Assembly: GCA_002633005.1 (NCBI GenBank)
Contig: NMRA01000165.1
Coordinates: forward strand, 285,958-349,957
Source of the DNA: Phoronis australis
Lineage: Eukaryota > Animalia > Phoronida
Reading direction: 5' to 3'
Length of the DNA: 64,000 nucleotides
Each line of letters starts with the position of its first letter. Position 1 is the stretch's first letter. Shown piece by piece: positions 12,401-23,018 of this stretch. Below the pieces are notes generated by a model. The model was not told the DNA's origin, searched no databases, and saw only the letters and a program-made list of their open reading frames with translations. The position numbers and the translations under genes were made by a program.

Positions 12401-15400
12401 AAGAACAAAAAAGGGTAATTTTGGCAATTATATTTGTCGCAAATTTGTGAGGTTGTACTGTACTGTCGTTGTGTCAATTCAAAAGTTCAGTAAAGCTTAA
12501 TGCATTAGTCAGACTTGCACAAGTCAGATTTCCACATAATTTGGACAAAGTTTCATGTTGCAGTAATTGCTGTAATTCACACACTTGGCCTTTCTGATAA
12601 GTCTGGTTTTGGCTAACTCGAATTAAAAATATGTCTTGTTGGATCTGACTTAAGCAAGAACTGTATACTTATGCAAACTTAAGTGTCTACAGGTCTGCGT
12701 AAAATAATGATAACCTGAAAAGTTAAAAGGACAATATTGTTGTTGCATTTACCTGTTAATTACAGTAACTGTGACCTTGTAAAATCCTTTTATGTAAAAC
12801 ATTTCTGTCAAATAACTAGTTATAAACCTGTAACATTAGGCAATTATCAGAGAGAGTGTATTCTTTTCCGGAATTTTGCATTTTTGGACAAAATAGTGTG
12901 TTTTTCTTCATGGTTCAACTGTTTTTCAAATTTTTATTAAACAATTTACTGTACTCTGTACTGCTTTTGGTGACATATCAAAATGAATGTAACCAATTTT
13001 TATTTCAAGAAAATGTTTTCTAAGTTTGGATACATTCACAGAGTACAGTTTTTGATGTTATGGTTTATGTTGTGTGAAACACCATTTCTATGTAAAACTA
13101 AGTACACAAACACTCTTGACCAACTCACCTCTGTTTCAGACTAAATGCCCTCATGTTTGCCTTTCTACTGTTCTCTATAACCTACTCTCTGGTGACCGCC
13201 ACCTACACTCCTAACCCAGCCCTGTATGACGTGTCACCTCTACAGATCTCCAGGGCAGTCTTCGAGTGCATTACAGCCTTGTCTCTGGGTATCACTGTAT
13301 TCATAGAGCTCAATCAGATGAGAAAGTAAGTAAATGTCTTACATGAGTCTTCTGTTACAGCCTTGTCTGTGGATATCACTGTATTCATAGAGCTCAATCA
13401 GATGAGAAAGTAAGTAAATGTCTTACACGAGTCTTCTGTTACATTAAAATGTCACGCAGCACATTATGTGGTACATTGCATTTCCCAACCAGCAACTATG
13501 AATGCTTGACTGGTTGGGATTACATTAGCAACTTACCATGTGTCCTTGACTTTTGTGACTGGGTTTTTTATTTGGGGATTGAGCAACAAATATAGGTGTT
13601 GGTGATAACCCCTGTCTGTTTGTGGGAACATTCTTTGCGACCATTTTAGACACTGCAGTCTATAAAACTATACTTAAGTCATTGAAAAATGAACTTTTTC
13701 ACTGTTTGAATGACAAAAATTGGTTAGTTGCAACAGAAGAAAAGAGAAATAACACAGTCATATTACAAATGCTGTTTCTCTGTTGATAAAAGTACTTTCA
13801 TTGGTGGTTGGGATTTCAATACCTGGATCTCACAGCACTCAGAGTTTTATGAGGGACTTCTTTTGTTTGGGGATTAGGCAACAGATGAAAGTAAGAGATA
13901 ATGGTGGCACAATGGGGATGGCTGTCTTGTATACCTAACCAAACAATAGGGCTCTTATCTAAATGATCTTTATTCCTCCAAAGAATGTTCATGGGGAATT
14001 TTAAATAGGGGAGTGCCTAATGTTTGATACCCCCAAAGAATGCAATGACATTTGAAAGGGGGAGCTTGTCATGAACATGCACTTGTTACAGTAACATCAG
14101 TGTTGTAGAAGCCTCTGATGTTATTATATGTCATGCCCGGCAAGTTCAAAGTGAAAACTTGGTGAATAAGCATACAGATTCTTAATACTTAGACTGTAGT
14201 GGCCGTTTTGCTTTTAGTTCTAAATGGTGTTACATTAGTGTGTTTTCGTTAAATTTCTCAGAAACAAGCTGGACTACTTTGTTGATCTGTTCAACTGGTT
14301 GGACATAGTATCCGCGTCGTTACTGTTAATTGTCATACCTCTGCGCTTCTTGCACCAGTCTGCTCAGTGGTATGTCTTTTCTGTTGGCTACCTGCTATGG
14401 GTGATACGGGTCTTCAAGTATGCCACAATATTCAGGTAAGAAATTGGTCTTTTTCTGTAGAACTGTTATTTAGCAGCAAACTTAACTGTTGAATTGATTC
14501 AACATTGTGATACCCATTTGAACTTTAATGACATTAATAGTATTGCAAAACCATGGCAATGTAGGACGCAATATGAAAGACAAGGGAAATTTTAAATTAT
14601 TTAAAACTCCGATAACTAGTGCTAATTTTGCCATTTCTTGTTGTATACTCTTGCTACCATCACGCAAAATGTGATTATATTAGTCATAATTTACAATAAC
14701 GTTGGAACCCTTTGAAAAATGAAAAGAACCAATCATGCCCGCACTTTTTTCAAAATACACAAGGTTTTTCTGCTGAGTAGTACAGACTAAACATTCCCGA
14801 ACACAAGCTTCTGGTGTTACTTCATGAAATCCAAAAAATGGCTTTGAGTTTTACGCAGTGTTACTCCTTGCATTTGCCTAAACATCTTCAACAATAATCA
14901 TATTTTGCACCATTATTAATTAGAAACCATGATGATTGGTACTTAATGATGCAACATTATTTTAAAGTGGACCCTAGTTTTATCAGAGTACTAGGTTCAT
15001 CTGGTCTGCACATTTGAAATTCTGGATTGAACACTGATAAAATATAGCCTTCGTCTAAATGCAAAGGGTATTTAAGTCTCTGAGCAATGAAGTCATGAAT
15101 TGAAAGCAAAATGTGTGTTTGTTTCAGACAAATTGGTGCTTATGCTCAGATCATCTGGAACATATTGTTCCGGGACTTCATCCAATTCATGGTTGTGTTT
15201 GCTGTCATCATGGTTGCCTTCAGTGGTTCATTTGTACTGGCCTTGAAGGGAGAAAGCATGCGGCAACAAGTTCACAGTGATAACGACACTTAGTGAGTGA
15301 TGTGTGGTAGATGGTGACTGTTTGTGTTGATATTGACTTTAAGTGAGTTTTGATACTGACTTTCTGTGGCACAGACAGAGTCAGACTCTGTTTTTGTGGT

Positions 15401-18400
15401 AATAAAATCAAACACGAATCTGACTCTAAAATAGTCGAGGATGGAAGTCATTGTTCATGACTGCAGGTTCTGGTATCAAATGACCAACTGATAGGTACTT
15501 GGTTAATTATTTTAGCTTATTTTGCTTGCTTGCCTTGTGTTGTTCTCATGCTGAACTTTTTCTTGTAGTATTCCTGCACAATACTACTGGGAAGTGTTGT
15601 TTATTGCTACAAGAACAATGATTGAAGGTGAATCAGTTGTCAACTACACTGGAGCTCAAAGTTTTGGGTATGTATACATGACGTACCTTTTGCGTTTTGC
15701 ATTCAGTCTAGTATGTGGTTTACTAGTTATTATAATTGTCATTGTAGAGTGCACATGCTCTGTTCTGATGGTGTTGTTCATTACAGAGTGTTCCCAGCCA
15801 TACTGATGGTGTTACTCATTATAGAGTTCCACCATACTAACGGTGTTATTCATTACAGAGTGTTCCCCACCATACTGATGGTGCTGTTCCTCTTCATGTG
15901 TCTCGTAGTCATGTTGAACATCCTTATTGCTCAACTCAGTGACACCTATCAGCTTGTACAGAGTGATGCTCAGAGGGGACTGGAACTCAATCGAGCCTGG
16001 ATTGTGGTACGAGTTGAGAAGAACAGTATATTTGTGACCAAGGTAATGTACAATTGGTAACCATGCAAGGCTGTACAAGTAATTATAATTCTCTTGACTC
16101 CTATTCTAACTCTTGGTTACTCTTACACTTTGTGAATAGCTCATAATTAAAAGTGTTGCTAGGTGAACAAGGAGTTGATGCGATCTTGTTGACTTTCTCC
16201 ATAGATTTATTTGAGACATGGGAGCATCATTAGTCTTTAATATCTCGCATATTGCTCTTAAGTTCCATTTGTGTGAAGCAAAGCAGTTGTCACATTAGCT
16301 ATGACTTGATGGCAATATGACACTGAAATACTCTTTGATCAGTGTAGTGGATTACTGGGCTGTGACTGTGCTTTCATCTGATGATTGACACTGTGAGGAG
16401 ATTTTTTAATGGTGCTGTAACTAAACACCTCACTAAACATCGGTAATTAAAGAAAAAATAAACCTGTTCAACTGAAGTATGGTACTTACTGAAAATCCTT
16501 AAGCTCTCAGGAGTGTCCTGGTGGTGTAGTGGAATGATTGGAGTGGTTGGACTGGTGAATTTCAGCAGTTCTTGAAACTTTTTCCATGTGTAGGAGTATT
16601 GTAAATATGGGTTGATTTTAACTGTATCCATCAAGGCAACTTGCAGTAGAAAATTTTAAAACTAAAAGTTTTTTGAAGTAAAATTTCTATTTTGTCATTA
16701 AGTGCATCGGAGTTACTTGATAAGGAGTAATGTGCATATTATATTTTCTTATGGTTTTTAAAATATTAAACTTTGTTATTTTTGGTAGAAATTGAATTGA
16801 TTAGTAAGTCCTTCATTGGTTCCTGCTTTGCCCTTCACTCTGTTGTTTGTGTTTCCACAGCCCTACAGAATCCGTTACTACAATGAGATAGAAGAGATTG
16901 AAGACCCTAAGGATGTCTTAGAGAAGTGGGAGAGTCCAGCTCTTAATGACCTGTACAAGAGTGTGACTGACATGGGGGATCGTCTCCAAAGTACAGAGCT
17001 GTATATGATGAGTATGAGGAGTATCATAGCTAGACAGGAGCGGGCAATGCAGAAAATGAGGTAACTATAGGGACCCTTGCTGCTTGGTCGATTTGTTTTT
17101 CTTACTGGAAAATGGAGTCATAGCCTGATTTTGAAAAACTTGACTGTCCTGGCATTCAAAATTGAAATGATACTGTAGTATTTTAGGTAGGCACTCTACT
17201 GACCATACTTACCAAACATCATGCTGGGTTTACGGTAAATAGTACATTTTAGACAGGCACTCTAATGACCATAGTTTTCAAACATCATGCTGGTTTTAGT
17301 ACATAAGAGGCCGATAGTCTACTGACTATAGTTTTCAAAACCTTATGCTGGGCGTAGTACATTTTAGACCTTAAAGATGCATTCCACTATGTTCAGCTGG
17401 CTAAAAACAAAAATCCCATTGGACCATTTACTCCTATAATAAGATTCCATTTCCGTTACCAAGAAGCATATTCATTTGAAACCTGTCAGAGACTCGAGAA
17501 AATATTTCACAGACTGAGTTTATTTAGGTTAGCCTACTCTAATTGTGCAGACTTGACTATGGGTCATGTAGTCATTGTCTGTAAGTTTATTTGTCAGCTC
17601 ATTCACCAACACTATTTCTGACCAGATGAGCAATAAGTTATGTTTTTAAAGCCCCAAGCTAAATAGTGAAGAACTCTTGTTATAGTACTGTTACTTCAGA
17701 TCATAGTTGAATTATTTTCAATGTAATGCGGCAACACCGTTTTTCATTTACTGTTAACATGTAAATGTGAAATTAAATGAAATCAGATTTGATTTTTTTA
17801 GTGGTGTTGTTGGAAATACAGTTTTTGTGTGTAGTGCTTGTCAACATAATTGACATTTTGTTAATATCCATATGGACACCCATTTGCATATCCCGAGCCC
17901 CTTTGTATGTTCAACATGATGTTGGATTCACCACTTTACAAATATTTTTTGGGATGCTGACATATTTCTGTTTTGCCCTCCCCGTGCACTTTTATTTGAT
18001 ATCACTGAATAAAAACCGACTCTCTAATGAAGTTGTTCTTAGTTCCATTACAAAGCTCTCTGTTCTTGACACCAGGCTGGTGAAAATTAACCAAAATTGA
18101 CCAACACACATAATAGCTTCAAACGAAGAAGTGATGAGTAACGATTTGAACATTTAATGTTAGTATTGATTTGATTATTTATTTGGCTCATTTGAATATT
18201 CATTTAGTTTATTTGAATATTCACTTTGCTCATTTGAATATTCATTTGGCTCATTTGAATATTCATTTGGTTTATTTGAATAATATTTATTTGGCTCATT
18301 TGAATATTCATTTTGGCTCTTTTGAATATTCATTTGGCTCATTTGCTCTTCATCAGTCAGGCACTGGAGTCTCTTGTACCAAGTGATGACAAATTCCACC

Positions 18401-18516
18401 CTGGACATAAGAGGACTCCCTCACTGTCATCATCATCATCGTCATCATCAGACAGTGATAGCGGTGGTGTCCAGATTGGAAAGGTCGAAGTTCACGTGGA
18501 CAATGAGATGGAGTAA
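6464..18516 (+). CDS. Transient receptor potential (TRP) cation channel, ankyrin-repeat type (TRPA/TRPV-like), ~637 aa
   Basis: Phase-consistent GT-AG exons: 6464-6496, 7562-7947, 8734-8812, 10838-11011, 11951-12024, 13140-13325, 14262-14435, 15128-15292, 15569-15667, 15859-16042, 16861-17060, 18357-18516 (1914 nt). Motifs: ankyrin repeats (RTALHYAVEHNYVSVTQKLL, ILPLTIALRNGNDQLASLL), pre-S1 LLRKKWKDYA, S3 DLFNWLDI, S4-S5 linker IGAYAQII..ILFRDFIQF, S6 MLNILIAQLSDTY, TRP-helix-like RAWIVVRVE, C-terminal coiled-coil-like segment. An in-frame TGA lies just upstream of the ATG. Confidence 0.92.
13271..13443 (+). repeat. 84-bp tandem duplication of an exon 3' end plus splice donor
   Basis: ttacagccttgtct...gatgagaaa|gtaagtaaatgtctt occurs at 13271 and again at 13355. 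Donor GTs are at 13326 and 13410. Confidence 0.9.
15740..15890 (+). repeat. ~34-39-bp minisatellite made of the acceptor/exon-start of the S6 exon
   Basis: Four units resembling cattacag|agtgttcccaccatactgatggtgttgtt at ~15740, 15779, 15817 and 15851. Confidence 0.85.
17175..17370. repeat. Degenerate intronic tandem repeat
   Basis: About 3 diverged units of tagtacattttagacaggcactctaatgaccatagttttcaaacatcatgctgg. Confidence 0.65.
18177..18345. repeat. 21-bp minisatellite abutting the last TRP acceptor
   Basis: About 8 copies of atttggctcatttgaatattc running into ...catttgctcttcatcag. It explains the repetitive ORFs at 18171-18408. Confidence 0.9.
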
Positions 18517-18548
18517 CTCTAAAGTTTGTCATACAGCTTTTTTTTCAT

Positions 18549-18826
18549 TGGAGAAGCACAGGAACCTTGTGTCAAGTGTTTAAGCAATGCCTTCAACTGT
18601 GACATGCTACATTCATTTGGCAAATTTATTAGGCAGACATGTACTTAAATGTAAATTTTCCTCATATGTTGACTGTTGTCATTACCGTTTATGTTTTGAT
18701 GGAGAGAAACAGAAACCTTGTATAAAGTGTTTAGAGGATATCTTCAACTATGACATGTTGTTGGCAAATTTATTACACGGACATGTACTAAAATGTACAT
18801 TTTCCTCATATGTTGGTTGTTGTCAT
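18549..18826. repeat. ~150-bp diverged tandem duplication in the TRP 3' UTR
   Basis: ggagaagcacaggaaccttgtg...ttttcctcatatgttgactgttgtcat is repeated as ggagagaaacagaaaccttgta...ttttcctcatatgttggttgttgtcat. Confidence 0.75.
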
Positions 18827-18894
18827 AGGATTTTAATGAAATATGATTTGAGGATTTATGGCCAACGCCAATTTTCAGACATATTGTATTGCCA

Positions 18895-20222
18895 TAGCAC
18901 CCCCTGTTGGCCATTTTAGTTTTTACAAGGTATGTATGTCAATTATTGATCAAAATGGCTTGACACAGATATTGAAATGCACTGGCACCAATCGATTTCC
19001 ACACAGATTTGACTACAGTAGCACACTCTGTTGGCCATTTTAGTTTTCAGCAGGATATTTTCTTCTGTTGATCACTGTAAAGAACAGCTTACCAGCTTTT
19101 GTTGAAACTTGACACAAAGATATATGACGGCTATGTGTGGACTCGAATGCCGGTTGCATGAAACAGTCCCAAGTGGGGACTCAACCATGTTCCCTAAATC
19201 TTTTGCGTATTTGTTTTGTTCTTTACTCACAAATGTAGTATTTTTCTTTCATTTTATCTTTAATATAAGCTCCTCTTTGACTGTTGACATTAAATAATAA
19301 TATGACTAAAAACTGATCCCTTGATTAAATAAATATAGTTAGGGACTTAGTCCTTAAGTTGGGTGCGTTGCATAAAAACATCCCTTCTTATTTTCAATAA
19401 TATTCTGAATTCAACAAAAACTTTACTCGGAGTTCATACCAAAAGTCGAAAACGACTTAGTTATGAGACTCAAACAGTATGAAAAAGGACAATCATTGTT
19501 TACATGAGCCCACAAATCCGTAGTAGATTTAGGGAACTTAGCCGAGTCCCTATTTGGGACTGTTTCATGCTACCGGGCACAAAAGGTTTTCGGATGGATT
19601 CAACTTCTATAGCGCTCCCCGTTGGCCATTTCAGATAGAGTGTCCTATGATAATTGTCAAAATGGCTTGACAGATTGTGTTAAAACTTGACACAGTGAAG
19701 TATGATTGCTATTTGTCATTTACTTTGTAAGCCAACTCTAGTGCATTGTCTAACCTAGATCCAATCAGGTTGTCTTCACAGGTAATCAGGTGCAATCTTT
19801 GCAGATGCAAAAGTATGACATTATCTTGTAATTTTGGGCTCCAAAGCTATATTAAGCATCAATTTCGGCTTTTGATAACTTCCTGTGCTTTCCTTTTCTT
19901 GTTCATTGTCGCTTTTTTCCTGGAACTGTTTTTGAGCAGACTGATGAAATGTCATCGATTCCCATGCCGTTTCTTGGCACTTCTAAGTGAGCGAACTTGT
20001 AGAAGAGATGGTCTGGACTGCGGTGTGTGTGGAGACCACAGGGTTTTCTGATGGATTTGTCAACTGTAGTACCCCCTGTTAGCCATTTTTGTGTTTGACA
20101 AGATACATTTTTTCAAACTGACTTGACATATTGTGATGAAGCTTGACAGAAGTGTTTTGGCTAGGATGCACTGGCATAAGTGGATCATCAGATTAGACTG
20201 CAGTAACACCCTCTGTTGACCA
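18895..20222 (-). promoter_or_regulatory. Array of five co-oriented CTCF-like motifs within a degenerate ~125-140-bp repeat
   Basis: TAGCACCCCCTGTTGGCCA (18895), TAGCACACTCTGTTGGCCA (19019), TAGCGCTCCCCGTTGGCCA (19610), TAGTACCCCCTGTTAGCCA (20067), TAACACCCTCTGTTGACCA (20204). These resemble the reverse of the CTCF core TGGCCACCAGGGGGCGCTA. Confidence 0.45.
19148..19579. mobile_element. MITE, family A copy 1
   Basis: TIRs tgccggttgcatgaaacagtcccaagtggggactc / gagtccctatttgggactgtttcatgctaccgggca. A related copy is at 54264-54650. Confidence 0.75.
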
Positions 20223-23018
20223 CTTTACTTTTCAAGATTTCCTTGTTGATTGTTGTCAGAATGGTCTTTGACCTGGACCTGCCAGGGATGTGCCAGTTTT
20301 AATATTTTAGTGATGAAATTAGCCAGTTTTGCATGAAACCAATCAACAATCATGTAAGCATACTGTTTGGGTGCAACAGTTTTAGGTTGTTCTTGTTATC
20401 CAAACAATTTTCTTTCATTGTCAGATAAATCTCATAAATTGTATGCCAAATTATCAAGAATTTTCCTTGGAACCCATTCTTGTAAAGATAATGTCCTTTT
20501 TAATGTCAAATTTCTTGAAATTTAGGGGCTAAAACAAAAGAAGTTTATTTTTGTTACATCGTCAAAGTGTTACTTTATCTCAGTGGAGGCTTTGCTGTGT
20601 AAAAATGATGGATCTGCCCAGTTTTAGATCTTTTGTATTGTGTGAATTATGTTTTTATGATGGTTTGTAGTTTAAGTTGTGGATAGAAGTTCTTGGAAAG
20701 TGAGTGTTTCTGGTTTTCATTTATTTCTATGCACTTGCTATGTTAGACAAAGCACTTCTGGTAACACTGAAACACTCATCATAATGGCCTAAGTTGATAT
20801 TCTTTTACTATTCAAGTGTTTAAGTCTTGTCATTGATATCACTTGTTGATTGCAAGAGCAGTCAGCTAACCAATATGCCTGTGATTTGTGTAGTCTTGAT
20901 TTTGTTAGTTAATTTGGTCATTGTTACTTGGCCATTTCAAATCAACTGCATTTTGATCTGGTTTTATGAAAGCAAAATATTAGCAATATCATGGAAAGAT
21001 GTAAGTTGTTTAACAGTTGCTATTTCATGAAAACAATTATATTTTACCAGTTCCTTATGTCTGTGAGTTATGGTTTCTCAGTCTTTCAGAAAACGTCACA
21101 CCTTGTTTCTTGACGTTTTATTTGTTTCAACTTTTTGTGCATGTGATATATGCCAAAAGGTGTCCATGTTTTTTAAGACCATTGGAATAAAAACGTCACC
21201 TTAATCAGAGGTTAATATATTTTGCTGTTGATCTTTTACTGGTAAAGTGACATGTCTTCTCCTGAATTGTTGCTCCAGTCCGAAAATGGTGGTTGCGTTT
21301 CGTTGCCACACTCCTGCATAAGGGCGCGTGGACTTGCACCTCACATTCCTCTGCAAGTTTTTTGGACTTCTATTTTGACGCATGCATGAATACGTGCTGT
21401 TGGGATCTGTTTTTCTAGGCAGCTTTGTGCTAGCGACTGGACGCAAAGGAGAGAAGTTAATTGATCTAGATTTAGTGTTAAGTCTAGAAGGCCTGGGCTT
21501 ATACCCGAACAGATAGACTTGCCGAGGATTTTCTGAAAGGGTCTGGTCGCTTTCGAAAGTTAGTGATCTCCGCCCTCGCCTAGTCATGGGGTTTAGTTAT
21601 CACGAGGGAGGTTTCACTTTATTAGCTGCTTGAAGCCTCTGCTGACAGAAATATTTTAACGGTCCTTTTACTAGAGATGCAGAACGATCGCGTAATAACT
21701 ATTGTGGATATTTTGAACTTTGTTTCAGAAAGACCCTTTTAAATGTGTGTCTCTTTTAGAAATCCCGGAGTAGGCGAGAAAAATTGGCGTAGACCTGTAG
21801 CCGAGTAGAAGGACTTGTAAGTGAGAATAAACAACGCTGTACAGCGGGTTCGGTGGCAGTTGCCGCACAAAACCGTGTGAGGGTAATTATGGCAGAGTAT
21901 TATGTGGTGCTACCTTTTTCCTGATAAAATGATTTCTTGCTTCAGGAGAATATATTAAACAGCACAATGTTTGTGGGAGCACTAAAATGGTAGTGGCGGA
22001 TCTAGAATACCATAAGGGGGGGCAACATGTTGCCTCGGGGAATTGGTCAAAGCGTAGTTGTATTTGTACAGGCGTCCCGAAAGTTGCCGGGGCCGGGAGT
22101 ATGAACCTCCTGTTCGGAAACTCTATCGACTAAAAAAAATTTAAAAAAACGGGAACGCGATCCCGCCGCGATCTGAGGTCGAAGCCCCCCCCCCCTCTTC
22201 TCCACTACCGGTGCCTAGTTATATTTCCTCACGCTTCGCGCTGTTGCTGCTTGCGGCAGCCAAGGGGGAGGGGCGGGCCCCTGCCCCCCTGTAAATACGC
22301 CTATGAATGGTGACACGATATCGCAGTCTTATTCCACTTTCTCTGCAAAATATTTTTCCGAAGATGAGCTGGGGGACACAATAAGTGTGCAAAAGTGGCA
22401 CACTGTGTAATTTATGTTGCATATGTTAACGGTGCTTTACAAACCACTTCACGAAAGGTCTCTGTAAATTTTGGACGTAATTGAAATTGGTGCTTTCAAA
22501 TAATTCTTGATTTTGATTGGTTGCGAATTAAGGTTGACGTATTCACCATTTATGAGGACACAAATTCGCATTGGTGTTTCGCCTCGCCAACCATAAACAG
22601 TGGGCGCTTATCAACGTTCTGCGCTGCCATCAGTTGTTATTCAACGTGTCTACCTATATGCACTTTTTATTGAAGTGTTCCGATTATGTATCTCATGTTT
22701 CCAAGTGTAATCGCGATGTCAGGTAGAGTCTCCATGTTCAAGTCATTGACTACAATGTGATTGTTTCTGTTAATAAGACAAAACGACTTGTTCTTCGAAC
22801 GCTTTGTAGTTTTGTTGCGCGTACATATTACATACGATTCGTAGAACACGGCCCTGTAGCTGCCTATCGAAATGTTCTGTCATTACGTAACAAATACACT
22901 ATGATCTGCATTGATTCGTGGTAAATAGAAACGGGACCAACTTGCCTCTTGTTTCACTGTGACGATTATAAGTGATAGATAAAAGGCACGGTTGATAGCA
23001 AACGAGAAACGTTACCAG

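Noticed and set aside
18171-18408. Repetitive ORFs (AHLNIHL / NEYSNEP)
   Set aside because: Translations of an intronic 21-bp minisatellite.
21201-21587. 128-aa minus-strand ORF
   Set aside because: No domain, splice or poly(A) support. It lies between two 3' ends and is probably chance.
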